A stretch of DNA of 64,000 nucleotides from the human T2T-CHM13v2.0 reference genome, Homo sapiens, in the NCBI RefSeq assembly GCF_009914755.1, contig NC_060946.1, one strand, 5' to 3'. Below the pieces are notes generated by a model. It saw only the letters and a list, made by a program, of their open reading frames with translations, was not told the DNA's origin and made no database searches. Of this stretch, positions 14,242-28,070 are shown one piece after another. Position 1 is the stretch's first letter. Each line of letters starts with the position of its first letter. The position numbers and the translations under genes were made by a program.

Positions 14242-15589
14242 TCAGGAAGAAATGTATCAAGATATGAAAGTACTGATAACTCAATGCTATTTAAAGTTTT
14301 CCTCTTTTAATTCTAGCTATGAAAAATTAATTTGTATTAGGCCATCCCACTTGGCAAGAACAATTATGAAAGCTGGATAAAATTAATTAAAAATAAGTAG
14401 CTATTTAAGGCCTTCTGATAGCAATCAAAGTATCCAGAACTTGAGTGTGTAAGCTCTCATAAAGAAGAGAAACACATTGAATTGATTTCAACATTCTCCA
14501 CAACCTTTCATTTGGATACATTTGCTGAGCAGATAGCTAAGAAGAAAATGGTAGCTCAAAGATGTTAGAAATCTGGTAGGCCTGCATAGACAACAATTGG
14601 AATTCATGACTATCATGGTGGCCAGGGCTTGATAAAGGGCCAGTAGAAACAAAACAATTTCGTTTTGTTTTTCCTTCACAGCATTTTCTGATTCTTTAGT
14701 TGCAGAAGGTGAGCAACTAAGAAGCTTAGCATAAAATGGAGCTACCCGACTAAAAGGAAGTTAAGCAGACCTCTCAGCAAAAGGATAGACAAAATTGGAG
14801 TTCAACAAGGAACAGAGGACCTAGAAATCTCTGTAGGCATTGAGACCCCTAAAAAGCTAATTCCTAGCTGAAAAGGCAAACTAGAAATGCACCAGCTGCC
14901 ACAAAAACTGAAATCTAGCCTCAAGGCATTTCAGTCTGATTAGACCAAGAGGATCTACCTCTAAGCCAGAAGAAAACTACAATTTCTTTGGAGGGAGATC
15001 CCATCTAAAGACTTTTTCTCTTAGGTCAATGTCTGGCTTTTGATCATAAATAACCAGGCGTATCAGTCAGCAGGGCTAAATGATGCATGCACACACATGT
15101 GCGTGCACGCACAAACAGAGCGAGAGTGACAGAGGGAGAGGAGAAATCCATAGCTTTAAATGTTTCCATGTAAAGAAAATAAAAATACTTCCAAATATAT
15201 TTATGAATAAATATTGTATTTATACTAAACTGGACCAAAGCTGAACACATGTGTTCTCTTCCCATCCCTTTCTCTTCATCTCTCTCATATACACTACACA
15301 CAATAAAATACAGGCCTATTCCACTAATAAATATTACTGCAAATATTCTAAAGCTGTACTTTACAATTAAAAGTTGCAATCCCATTAAAATCATACTTCA
15401 TAATCAAGTAGTGTTCATGTTAGTAAGCAAGAATGGATGACTATTAGGAAATAGTTTACTATAATTTATCATGTTAATAGAAAAACAATAATCTCCAGAA
15501 ACTTCAACATATATTACCAATTAAATAATATTAATAGAATAGTATTATAATGAGATAGATGCAATTTAATCCAAAATTCAGAATTTATG

Positions 15590-15894
15590 TGATGGTGTTT
15601 GGGTACAGAGCCTTTGGGAAGTAATAAGGTTTAGATGATGTCATGAGGGCAGGGTTCTCATGATGGAATTAGTTCTCTTATAACATAGAAACCAGAGAGC
15701 TTGCTCTCTTTCCCTGCAATGTGAGGACAGAGTGAGAGAACTTGACTGTCTGCAAGAGAACGCTCACCAGATAGCAAACATTCACAGATCCTGATCTTGG
15801 ACTTTCCACCCTCCAGATATGTAAGAAAATACATTTCTGTTTAAACCACTCAGTCTGTGGTATTTCGTGATGACAGTTCGAGCAGACTAAGACA
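15590..15894 (+). mobile_element. MaLR LTR (MLT1A/MSTD-like)
   Basis: GCCTTTGGGAAGTAAT..TCATGAGGG..CTGATCTTGGACTT..CAGTCTGTGGTATTT..GACTAAGACA. Confidence 0.8.
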
Positions 15895-16469
15895 AATAAT
15901 GACACCATTCATGATTGTTCCCATCTACCAGTCACCAAAACAAGTTCTAACAAGATTAAAGAATAAATTCCCCCAAAAGGTAAACTTAAAGCCTAAAAAT
16001 TAGAATAAATTGTAAATAAAGATGAAAAATATAACTGGAGGCAATCAAAAACATATATATCCTAAGGAGATTGTTAAAGCTATATGAAAAATGTATGCTA
16101 AAAATCTCATTGGAGCACTATTCATAAATCTAAATAATTGTAAAAGTAACTATGGTTATATTGATTATGGTAAATCCATATATGTTTGTTAACATAATGT
16201 GGTAATTTGTAAATGTTTATAAAGCATTCTTGTATATTAGCAAAACAATTTGAAGTATCAAATTAAAAATCCTGAATACAAACTTACATGTAAGTTATAA
16301 TTCCAAGTATGTTTGAAAAATTACATATAAAAATAATGGAAGTAAATGCAACAAACTATTCACGGTAGAATTTTATTTTACAACAATTCAAAATAATGAA
16401 ACAAATCTTCAGGCTTACAACTTTCAACTATGTATTGTGATTTTCTTACTATTCCATTCAGTAGGATAC

Positions 16470-16583
16470 AGGTGGCATGGTTGCATTCTCAGTTTGTCAG
16501 TGTTCTCCTGGCATCATTATTAATAGTGTCCCTATCACTTTCACAAGTTTCCTGGTTTGCAGAATAAATTATATGGTTATCTG
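16470..16583 (-). mobile_element. MER94-like hAT DNA transposon remnant
   Basis: ATTATTAATAGTGTCCC..TCACTTTCA..GGTTTG..AATAAATTATATGGTTA resembles MER94 in reverse. Confidence 0.55.
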
Positions 16584-16950
16584 AGATATGGGAAACCTAA
16601 TTTTCTTCCTTCTTCCCCAGTAATAATCTATACAATTCTGGACAACTCACCTATCCATGAAACAATTTGATCTCTACCTTAAAATAGATATATCTCTGCT
16701 ACTTAACTTCATAGAAATATTGTAAGGATTAATGAGGAGATGCTTGGAAAATACTTTGAGCTCATCAGAGAAAAGTGCTATGATATTGCCACTAATAAAT
16801 TTATTTACTAGCTTGCTGAGTAGAAAGTCAAGGGAAATCAAGATTTTGTGGGTATGAGCGACAAAACCAAATCAATCATGCATGTTCTGGAAGTCCATTT
16901 TATATAAGTTCCCCAGAGTAGAGTAGCTAGTGAACATAGAACTTTTCCAA

Positions 16951-16991
<41 letters not shown>

Positions 16992-17689
16992 CATAGAACT
17001 TCTCCATATATATATATATAATCTATATATAATTAATTAGAAAAATTAGAGACACATAAGCTAAATTTTGGCTCTTATAGGCTATTCAGTTAGCAGTCAT
17101 GAGTAAATGTATTGAACTTCTCTTTCTTGGTGAAAATATTGTGTTCCATCAAGCACTAACCATATGGAAAGTTTGGAAGTTGAACAAAGACTGTTCATTA
17201 AGCTTGAAAGGGACAGATCAGAGCCAGCTAGCACTTTGTAACTTGGCAGTCAGGCCTCAAAATCAAGCCTATTATTTTAGTAGGCCAATTAAATTTTTTA
17301 GAAACTCAGTGGAAAGGTGGCATCTTCACACATTTTCAGCACCTTATAAATTAGGTACTTTTGCCTGGTACTAAAATATCCTTCTTGAACTTAAAAATCA
17401 AAATCAATAAATCAATCTACTTCTCAGGCAACAAAGAAGCAGATGAAAGGCAACAACGGGGCAGATTAAACTTCTAGCAATGAATCCCAAATATACAGGA
17501 GCCTTAGTTTGATTAAGATGACAAAAAATCTCCTGGAGGAAGGGCACTCAAGTCTGTCTCATGGTCTCTTTGTTCTTCCTAAAATCTACATCCCTTGCAT
17601 CAACTACAGTACTATAGTCAATGATTTGAAGTTGAAGCATAATATCTTATTTTTTCAGACATTGCAAGTATATAACAGATCACAAAGTT

Positions 17690-17925
17690 TTTTTTTCTTT
17701 TTTTTTTTTTTGAGACGGAGTCTCGCTCTGTCACCCAGGCTGGAGTGCAGTGGCACGATCCTCACTGCAAGCTCCGCCTCCTGGCTTCACGCCATTCTCC
17801 TGCCTCAGCCTCCCGAGTAGCTGAGACTACAGGCGCCCGCCACTACGTCTGGCTATTTTTTTCTATTTTTCAGTAGAGACAGGGTTTCACCGTGTTAGCC
17901 AGGATGGTCGCGATCTCCTGACCTC
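17690..17925 (-). mobile_element. 5'-truncated AluY with 12-bp TSD
   Basis: AluY diagnostics (GCAAGCTCCGCC, CACGCCATTCT, GTGTTAGCCAGGATGG). TSD GATCACAAAGTT at 17678-17689 and 17926-17937. Confidence 0.95.
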
Positions 17926-20710
17926 GATCACAAAGTTGATTATCTTTTCACTTGTCAAGTTCTTACACTGTCTATCTAAAATTCATATCTTGACCTTTCA
18001 TGTCTGTCTTCAAAAACAAATCATCTCTCTTCCCACTCTCTGTCAATTGGATCTCTTTGTCTTTGCTTTGTTCTGGAGGAGAGAAAGGTATAGCTGTATT
18101 ATTTTCTTCTTTGTCTGAATTAAACAGCTGTTCTTGGAGAGTGGTGAGCAGTTCTTTATGCAAAGGAGAACTGGTTACTTAGTTTTGTACCATTTACAAA
18201 AAAAGTAAGAAAATGCTGAAAACCAGTATCTTAAAATATTCACTTTATTCAGTTTTATTTTAATTGGGGCACAGATATAAGGGAATATTTTTAGTTGAAT
18301 AAGGAATAAAAATATTTTGTTATAAATCCTCAAGAATATTTATACCTTAAAATTGTTTTTATAATTCTGTTTCTATGACATCCAAATGGGCAAAATTTTT
18401 TCTGGAATTTAGACAGATTTACAAATAATTGCATAAATATGTCTAGAAATTGAAAAATTAAAAGAAAAATACAACAATGAGAAAGTGAATTGAACTTGAA
18501 AAATACCCTAATTGTGAAAACCAAACTTTCATAGTATTATTTTAATGTTTTCTGATTTGCATTTTGGGAATTCTTGCCTTCACTGTGTTTTTTTCCTTAG
18601 ATTTTCTCTACATACTGTTCACAAAATTCAGTTAAAAACTATTTTAGAGATTTTCTAGGGAAAGGGCTGCATGCTCAGTCATTGACTGTTACTTACTTTG
18701 GTACAATTAGGGGTATTAAATTTGAATTCATAGGATTTGTGCTTCTCCCCACACAGGCTGACTATTCGTAGCTGTTCCTGCTTGGAATACATATTGGCTT
18801 AATTAATCAGTACTATTTGGAACTCTGTGAAAATGCAAACTAATTATGAACTTTCTCTGATAAGAGACAATTTTGGCTCCTGATTATTTGCTTTTCCCTA
18901 CATTTATATAACAGCAATCTCATGAAATCGAGCATTAGATCAGCATGTTACTGATTTGCACTTCAGGCAATTTGCACCTCTGAATTGCTTTCCTTTCTGA
19001 TATCCTCAGATGCAAAATCTTGAAAAAGAGCATGCAGTCAGACCTTTATTTGATTGTTTGATAATTGTTTTTCCTCTCTGTTTCCATTAGCATTATTTGT
19101 GGAAGACCATAGCAGTGGGAGTTCTTGTCACAGAAATCTTGTGACCTCTGTGTTTGGTAGCTATAGACTGCAATGAGTTTATCTCTTCATAGGGGAAATT
19201 GAGAAGAGATCACTGCTACCCACTACCCAAGCTCTGGTTTTCTTTACAAAGCTTCTGCATAAATCACAACTACATAGCTTCAGTGACGGACCTAACTCTT
19301 GCTTGGAAGTGTGGCAGCAGAGTTGGATTTAAGAGTCATGGATTTAAGAGCAGAGTCATGGATTTAAGCTACAGTCTCATCACTACTTTATTTATAGTAA
19401 ACACTCTGGGGGAGACTTTTAGTGCTAGATTCTTTGCTAGACTCTGGTGTTGAAATATATGTCAGCTATGGCCTCAGCTCTCAAGGCATTAGTTGTGTTT
19501 GTGTGTATTGTGTGTTTTGAGGGAGGTGTTAGGTGTTGGTTGAAAGAATGAGGAAGGGGAGCAAGATTTGAGGAGAAAACAAACATGCAAACGTACATGG
19601 TTTCATTGAATAATCTGCACTTCTGAATTGTCAATACATCCATCTGATTCAGTCATAATTGAATTAGAATCATCCTGAGCGGCGGTGGAAAACATTGAAT
19701 ATTTTTTTTCACACTGAAGCCAGAACTCTTGGGTACCATAACCCAGCAATATTGTTTGCTGGCTGTCACTTAAACTCACAAAACACCTCTGTTTTATCAT
19801 CTCTAATAAATACAGACACAATATTCTGTTTTATATATATGTATATATCTTGCAAAATTATTGTGATGATGAAAAATGAAATGTAATACACACTGAATAA
19901 TGCATAGTAGATGGTAAGCACTAAATAAATGGCTATGTAAGCAGTGATTCCTCTCTTTGTTATCTTCATCATTACAATTTCTACATAGGTTTTATTTCAG
20001 TGATTTTTATAGTAATGACTTTGCTTATTTTATAAAAATACTTCATGCCAAAGAGTACAAAGAAAACAAAATAAATCACCCCAAATTTTCAGAAACAACC
20101 AATGTTAACTGTTGGTGGAATTCATTTGGGTGATTTTTTTGTTTGTTTCTTCTTTGCACTTTTTGCTATTTTTCAAGTTTAAAAGGAATAAGCACATACA
20201 ATTATTATAATAGCTGTAAAATAGTTATATGTGTTTCAAATTTCATACTCCAAAAAGTTTGGATATAGATGGAAGATACATAACTATATGTATAGTGAGA
20301 GAGAGAGCTAGCAGAATAGATAAAAAATAATTTTATAATAAAAGAATACTATATCTGCTTTTTTAATTGGAAGTATTAAATTTATCTATGTGACTGCATT
20401 ATTTCCTAAAGGTCACATTTTTTTAAAAAAAATTTAAAAAACATTAGAAGATTGCATCATTATAATTTATTTCTTAAATTTTAATTATATGTATATCTAT
20501 GAATAATTTATGCATAAACATATATATGTAATGTCAAATCCTAAGAAAATGTATACAACTTAGGGAATTATCACAAAACAAACACCTCCACAACTACCAC
20601 TCAGAATAACTTTTTTTTGCAAAATAGATTACTACTCCTTGATTTGTCTTCAAAGATACCCACTATTTGGAGTTTACTTTTCTTAATGTTTTGATATTTA
20701 TATACCCACA

Positions 20711-21496
20711 CTGTGGTAGGCCAATAATGCCTCTGAAAGGCATGTCCATGTCTTAATCCATGGAGCCTGACTTTATTTGAAGTAGGGCATTTGCAGATGT
20801 ATTTAAGATATTTGAGGCTGGGCACAGTGGCTCACGTCTGTAATCCCAGCACTTTGAAAGGCCGAGGCAGGTGGATTCACCTGAGGTCAGGAGTTTGAGA
20901 CCAGCCTGTCCCACATGGTGAAAAGCCCGTATCTACCAAAAATACAAAAGTTAGCTGGGTGTGGTGGTGGCGGCACATGTAATCCCAGCTACTCGAGAGC
21001 CTGAGGCAGGGAGAATCACTTGAACACAGGAGGCTGAGGTTGCAGTAAGCCAAGATCGCACCATTGCACTCCAGCCTGGGTGGCAGAGCAAGACTCTGTC
21101 TCGGAAAAAAAAAAAAAAAAAAAGAAGAGAGAAAAAAGAAATTTGAGAGGAGATCATACTGGGTTATCTGAGTGAGCCCTAAATGCCATGACAAGTGTCC
21201 TTGTAAAAAGGAGACAGAGGGAGCAGAAGGCAACGGGACAATAGAAACGGAGAAGTTTGAAGATGCTGTGATTCTGGCTTTGAAAATAGAGGAAGGCCCA
21301 CAGGATGGAAGAGGCCATGAATGGATTATCTTTTGGAGTCTCCATTGAGAATATAGCCCTTCTGCCATCTTGACTTCAGGTCAGTGAAACAAATGTTGTA
21401 CTTCTGGTCTCTCTAACTGAGAGAGAATGAATTTATCTTGTTTAAAATCACTAAGTTTGTGATAAGTTGTTACAACAGCCCCAGGAAACAAATACA
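20711..21496 (+). mobile_element. MLT1 (MLT1C/D-like) LTR interrupted by an Alu
   Basis: TGTGGTAGG..AATAATG..TTTGCAGATGT / GAGATCATACTGGGTTATC..CCCTAAATGC..CACTAAGTTTGTG..GGAAACAAATACA. Confidence 0.8.
20817..21137 (+). mobile_element. Alu (AluS-like) inserted into MLT1
   Basis: Full Alu with A tail. TSD-like AAGATATTTGA / AAGAAATTTGA. Confidence 0.95.
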
Positions 21497-22344
21497 CACT
21501 CATTTATTTTCTTTTACTGATTAACATTATGCATCGGGAGTTTGACCTATGTTGTTACATGTAGTTCTAATTTGTTCATTTTCCTTGCTGAATAATATTC
21601 AATATGCAATTTTAAAAATTCATCTTTTTTAAAACAAATAATGCTGCTATGTACATACTTGCTTGTATCTTGTGGTATAAATATGTAAGTGGGTAGCTGC
21701 ATTCATTTACTTTTTCTCCAACAGTCTATGAGAATTTCCCTTGTTCTGTATCTTCAATTGTCATCGTTATTGTTAGTCTTTTAATGTTAGACAAACTAGT
21801 ATGTGTAGAATGGTATGTCATTACAGTTTTAATTTAAATTTCTCTAACAAATAATGAGCCATTTTCATCAGGACTGAGCCTTGGGTGAAGTAAGAGAGGC
21901 ATCTAGGGTATACAATTTAAGGACGTGTTTATTCCCTTTCTTTTCTGTCCTTGTTTGTGATGAATAATTTCTACTTTATCAGACAAAATCGTAATAGGTA
22001 TACAATTGATTTTTGCTTTTTGTGCATTTGTTATAAATCCAGTCACCTTACCAAACTGGCTTTTATTTCTAATTGTTTGTAGATAATTTTTGACATTTGT
22101 ACATAGCCATGCCATCTCCAAAATAGCATTTACTTTCCTTTTCAATATTTACAAATTTAACTTCTTTTAATTGCCTTATCCTACTACCTGGGCCACTATA
22201 AATCTTTTATAATTGTTTTGATGTCTATAGAAACTGTAGTCATGTCTTCTCCTTTATTAATTTCTCACACTGGTAATTTCTGGTCTCTCTTTCTGTCTCA
22301 CTGTTTATCTTTCTGTCACTCTCTTCCCCTCTTTCTCCGTGTGG

Positions 22345-22345
<1 letters not shown>

Positions 22346-22376
<31 letters not shown>
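22346..22376. repeat. (TG)n microsatellite
   Basis: Uninterrupted TG run. Confidence 0.95.
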
Positions 22377-22377
<1 letters not shown>

Positions 22378-22399
22378 TGTATAAAAGAATTTAAATATA

Positions 22400-22721
22400 C
22401 GGATAGTCCTTGACTTAGTGATGGTTTGACTTACAATTTTTTGACTTTACAATACTGCAAAACAATCACAATTTCAACATAATATACCATATTCAATACA
22501 TTACATGAGAGATTCAACACTTTCTGATAAAGTAGGCTTTCTGTTAGATAATTTTGCCCAACTGTAGGCTAATGTTAGTGCACCGAGCATGTTTAAGGTA
22601 GGTTAGGCTAAGCGATGATGTTTGGCAGGTTGGGTATACTAAATGCATTTTCTACTAATGATATTTTCAATTATATTGGGTTTATCAGGATGTAACCCTA
22701 TCATAAGTTGAGGAACACCTG
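22400..22721 (-). mobile_element. MER47/Tigger5-type DNA transposon (TcMar-Tigger)
   Basis: TTTGCCCAACTGTAGGCTAATG, TTTAAGGTAGGTTAGGCTAAG. Imperfect terminal inverted repeats with TA on both sides. Confidence 0.85.
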
Positions 22722-22807
22722 TACTATAATTATGCAATTATAAAGAGATTCATTATTTTTTCCAGGCAAAACATTTTTTTTTGTTGATTTTTCTCTTATA
22801 CGTCTGT

Positions 22808-23471
22808 TGTATTAGTCAGTTTTCAAATTACTATAAAGATACTACCTGAGACTGGGTAATTTATAAATAAAAATGATTTACTTGATTCACAGTTCTGCAT
22901 GGCTGGGGAGTCCTCAGGAAACATACAATCATGACAAAAGGTAAAGGAGAAGCAATGCACATCTTACATCGCAGCAGGAGAGAGAGCAGGAAAAACTGCC
23001 ACTTTTTTTTTTTTAAGACAGAGTCTTGCTGTGTAGCCCAGACTGGAGTGTAGTGGTGTGATCTCGGCTCACTGCAACCTCCACCTCCCAGGTTCAAGTG
23101 ATTCCCCTGTCTCAGCCTCCTGAGTAGCTGAGATTGCAGACGTGTGCCACTATACCCAGCTAATTTTTTTTGTATTTTTTGTAGTGATGTGTTTTTGCCA
23201 TGTTGGCCAGCTGGTTTTGAACTCTTGATCTGAAGTGATCCACCTACCTCAGCCTCCCTAAGTGCTGGGATTACAGGTGTGATCCATTGCACTGGACAAA
23301 ACTGCCACTTTTAAACCATCAGATCTCATGACAACTCCCTCACTATCACGGGATAGCATGGAGGAAACCACCCCCATGATCCAATTACCTCCCACCAAGT
23401 CCCTCCTTCAACACGTGGAGATTACAATTAAAGATGAGATTTGGGCAGGGACAGAGTGCCAAACCACATCA
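22808..23471 (-). mobile_element. MaLR LTR (MST/THE1) interrupted by an Alu
   Basis: TGTATTAGTC..CCTGAGACTGGGTAATTTATA...GATGAGATTTGGG..GGGACA..CCAAACCACATCA. Confidence 0.88.
23007..23297 (-). mobile_element. Alu with 15-bp TSD
   Basis: TSD AAAACTGCCACTTTT at 22992-23006 and 23298-23312. Confidence 0.95.
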
Positions 23472-26439
23472 TCCTCATTTTTTTCAATAATTTCCTCATC
23501 ATATCTCGTCATGTATTTATTTACATGTATTTTTAAATTGAGTACTAGGCATTATATATGAAAAACTGAGAGTAATTTGAGGCCCTGGAAATGTTAACAT
23601 TCTCTAGAGAGGAATTACATTTGCTCTTTGCAGTAAGCTAAGGACACTAGCAGGTTACTTTAATGCATCCATAAGTGTACAGATAATCAGACACTAGGTT
23701 TATGTCTCTGAGTGGGCTGGTCTTTATCGAGTGTAGTCCTTGCCCCCAACTCAAAGCCTGGAGGGTACTGTGCTCCAATTCTCACCACCACATTCCCTTG
23801 CACACTCACAGTTACATGCATTTCACTTCCAAAAGTATTCCTTAGTTTTGCAATCTATTTTTTAACTTCCTAGAATCAGTAAAAATCTTGAGCTGAAAAG
23901 TGATGCTCAACGCCAAGCTCATCTCTTGGATCTGGGCTTTGCAATTTTCCATGGCTTTGTTAACACTTAGTGTCTCAAAGAAAATTTTGTTGTTGTGTTC
24001 CATGGGAGAGTTGATATCAATTACAAATCTGCAGTTACTGGTAGAAGTTCCTGTGGTTTCTATTTTACCTTAAGATTTTACTTTTAGACTGCTCCAGTCT
24101 ACATCTTTTTATAAGAGGTTATGTGAGAACAGTTTTTTTTAATTCTCTTCTGCAACCTCTGGAGTTTTGTAACTTGCATTATTCTAGTTTTACTAAAATT
24201 TATGCCTTTTTTCTATAGTCTGCAAGAAGTTTTCTTTAGTTGCTTAATCTATGTGCTGTATTTATAGGACTTATTGTTCATCTGTCATTTCATAAAATGT
24301 CTCTTTTTACTTTCTCCTTATTTTGGCTCATTCTTTGGCTAGATTTTTGGGGTGATGCTATCTCAGTTCTCTTATGTCTATTTGTTGTTTGAATGACCCT
24401 TCAGGTTTTACATAATTTTTTCAGCCATCCTTTTATTTTCTTAAGAATGTCCTGGTAACATGTTTCCCCTATAAATCTACATCCAAATCCTTCCTTAATT
24501 TAAGGAATCATTACATGATAATGAACTTTTAATTCTCTTTCATTCCAATTTGAGTTATCAATGTCAGTGCCAATTTTTCAAGATATCATTGCCTGCACTC
24601 TTCACATATTATCTTGTTTATAATGACTTGAATCAGTTTTGTTTTTGAACATACATAGCTACACTCCCCCCAGAGGAATAGGGAACTCACATATGCAAAA
24701 GAAAATCCACGGGAACACCCACAACACAATTTATACATCATCCAGTATTACTGAGTAAAGGCTCTTGGAATAAGAGTTTTCAACACAAATAGAATATGAA
24801 AAACTATAATATGCATACAAAATGTGAGAGAACTTGGACATTTAAAAAAAGTACTTCTAGTTGAAAACTAATGTGTAGACTGACGAGCAGAAAAGATATA
24901 GGTGGAATTGATGAGCATAAAATTATTAAATAAAAACAAAAAATAGGAGTACATGATAAATATTTTCAAAGTATGATATCTGAGATAGCAGAGATCAGAA
25001 TAACAAAATCATCACTGAGATGCTGCAATAGGAAACCGTGATACCTTCATGGGCTGCCAAGGCAGCCTAAGCTATTTGTTACTGCACTCAGTGTCCCCAG
25101 ACACCTGTGTGGCTGTCACTGCCTCTGGTGTGTCCATTTTACTTCTCTTCTTCTGCCTGAGCTTCTGCTCTGAACTCTGTCTCTAACTTACAAGAAATCA
25201 AACTCACTGGATTCTGAGCTCTTCGGGGTCAAGGACTGTGTCAGTAGTTCATGTCTCTTTCTAGAGATCACAGCTGAATATCTGGCACAGAGCAGATACT
25301 CAGCCAATGCCAAATGATTCATTTGCCAGAAAGCTGAATTTCATCCATAAACCTAGTCAATGCAAATACATTCTGCCGGTGGGGTGTGTTTGTCCTCTGA
25401 AGGCATGTTCCCAGGCATTGTAAATACATACAGGCCATTTAGAAATTTGAATGTCAAACAGTAAAGGAGCTTAGAAAGTAAACATTGGAGAAGTGTGGGA
25501 GGGTGGTATTATTTGCAAAACATTCCTGGGTCCTTGTGAGTTCTATACACCCTGGATGAGCACAGATTCTGGGCCAGACCAGACACCCAGCTGGACCCAG
25601 GAGATACTGAGGTGAGTAAAGCCAAAATGCCTCCCTTCAGCAGGAGTTAGGCAGTCACACCAAAGTGATAAAGGCACAAAACCCAGAGGCAGCAGAGGAG
25701 CAAGGACTACCTTGTTCCTGGACTCTGTGACCTCAGGCAGAGCTTTCAGAGGAGGACATCTGTGCAGGGCTTGGAAGGATGAACACAAATTTGCCTAGCA
25801 GAAAGGGGAGCCAAGGAAATCCTGATGGAGAACAGCTTGGGTGAGAGTGTGAGCCACAGGATTGAGGGGCACAGGCATGGAACTGGAGGAGCAGAAAGAA
25901 TGAGGGGTGATAAAATTGGGAGGTCAGCAGAGGTCAATCACAGAAGGTTTTGAATCCTGGTGAGGGAGAAGTGGGTGCTGCACAAGGGACATGGGCCTGG
26001 AGGAGATGCAGTTAGCTCTGAGTGAAGATGGAGCACGCCGTCCACTAGGGAACCACAAGATGCAAGAGAAATAAGAACCCCGAGAAGCCTGCACAAAGGA
26101 TGAGGGGCCCAGGGGTAGCACCAAGAAGGTCCCTGTCAGAGGTCAGCTTTGAACGGAGACGGAAAAGACTCTTGAGGGCCTCAGCTGCCGCAAACCTCCT
26201 CAACAAACCATATTTTACCTTCAAATATTTGCTAAAGAATACTAACTACTGGAAGAGCAATGGTCCATTGATAATAATTATTCCCTCACTACATTTTTAC
26301 AATTCTCAAAATGCTCTCAGTCCAGTGTCCCATTGGAACCCCCATAAAATCCCATTTTATAAATAGGGAAACGAGGCCCTGTGATGTCACACCGAGGTTT
26401 GCAGCAGTTCCAGGATAGAAAATAGGGAGCACTTTCATC

Positions 26440-26818
26440 TCAGCCTCAAAGTTCCTTTTCTGGGAGGGGGTCCTTGAGGCCATCCAGCATCCCATAGTCC
26501 AAGTCTTCTTCTTCCTCCTTGGGCTTCTCCACACCTGTGTCCAAAGCCTCCTTCTCCTCCTTTGTTCTCAGGTACCACTACCGGTTGCTGGGCAGGGAGC
26601 CCTCCTGCTGCTGCCCATCCTAGGGTGCATCCTCCAACATGGGTGCATTGTGGTTCAGCCAGGACCTACACCACCTTCAGCCCAGGGCTCCTGTGGTGGG
26701 CCTGAGGTTCCTCCCTATCAAATGGAGATGTGCTGGGGTTGCTGCCTTTGCTGAAGCCCATGTCCAGGTTATCTTGGGGGTGGCCAAGGTTACAGGGCCT
26801 TGGGGACAGGCCAGAGGG
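26440..26818 (-). pseudogene. BSND: Barttin (BSND) pseudogene, exon 4 coding part
   Basis: Acceptor ..TTTTTGCCCCTGTAG|C, then [36 protein letters not shown]...[56 protein letters not shown]. This matches the barttin C-terminus ([37 protein letters not shown]...[27 protein letters not shown]) with frameshifts and stops. Confidence 0.95.
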
Positions 26819-26859
26819 CTACAGGGGCAAAAACCAAGAGGATGAGGGGATCTCTGAGT

Positions 26860-27060
26860 CAGACCGCCTGGATCCACATCCCAGAGACTAGCTGCAAGGC
26901 CTGGGGAAGACTGGTTCACCTCTCTGGGGGTCAGTTTTCTCCTCTGTAAAGTGGGAGGTATAACAGATTCACTCCTACAGTTGTCTCTGAGCTTTACAGC
27001 CGGTAATGTGTGCAAAGTACTTCGCACAATGCCTGGCACATGGTAGGTGATAATAAACAG
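26860..27060 (+). mobile_element. MIR SINE
   Basis: TCAGTTTTCTCCTCTGTAAAGTGGG..TAAC and GTACTT.GCACAATGCCTGGCACATGGTAGG. Confidence 0.75.
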
Positions 27061-27589
27061 GGTTACTATGATATCATCATCTGAGCTAGGTCACTCATGT
27101 ACTTCTCCAATGCTTCAGGGTTCCCCTCCATTCCTCACAGGGCAGCAGCAAGTGAAAGGGATACCCCTGGCCTTGAGGAGCTCACATCTACTCATTTCCC
27201 AGGGGTCTCCATCCAGTGCCCACACATGCCTGGCATGCTGTAGGCACCTCATCCACATCTGGTGAAAGAGTGGAAAGCAGGTCATTGTCATGTATTGTTT
27301 GGCACAGAATCTGCAGTAGGGGACAGAGAAGTGAGTGACTGTAGTTGTGCCCACCAATTCCTGTCCCTGAACTTACAGGGATCAAGAGGCCTTAGCAAGT
27401 CTAGTACCAGGGAGTGGGCACTGTGTGGTGGAGCAGGAGGAAGGTCTTAAGAAAGGCAGTGGGGTGACGAGAGGAGCTCTGCATTTGAGGTCTGGGAGAT
27501 CCTCCATCAGGACTTCACCAAAGGCCCCGGGCTGGTCATCCCTCTTCCCAGAATCTCTCTATGCTCTTCTGTATAATGGGGCTAGCCTG

Positions 27590-28070
27590 GAAGAGATACT
27601 TGCACAACCATGTTCAGAGCAGCATCATCCACAATAACCAAAAGGTGGAAGCAACCCAAGTGTCCATGGATGGATGGACGGAACAACAAAATGCTGTCTA
27701 TGCATACAGTGGAATAGTGTTCAGCCTTGAAAAGGAAGGAGAGTCTGACACCTGCTGCATCAAGAGTGAACCTTGAGGACATTAGGTTGAGCAAAATAAG
27801 CAAGACCAAAAAGAAAAATGCTGTATTATTCCACTTTTCCAAGGCACCTAGAGTAGTCAAATCTACAGAGACAGACAGGAGAATGGTGGCTACCAGGTCC
27901 TGGGGAGGGTGGTGATTGAGGTGTTGTTTTTAAATGAGTTACTGAATTGTAGTTTTACAAGATGAAAAGCATTCTGGAAATTGGTTGCACAACATTGCGA
28001 ATGTATTCAATGCTATTGAAATGTAAACTTAAACATAGTTAGACACTAAATTTTAGTATATTTTACCACA
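27590..28070 (+). mobile_element. L1MB-type 3' end
   Basis: CCATGTTCA.AGCAGCA..AAAAGGTGGAAGCAACCCAAGTGTCCA..GAACCTTGAGGACATT..CAAGATGAAAA..TTCTGGA. Confidence 0.85.
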
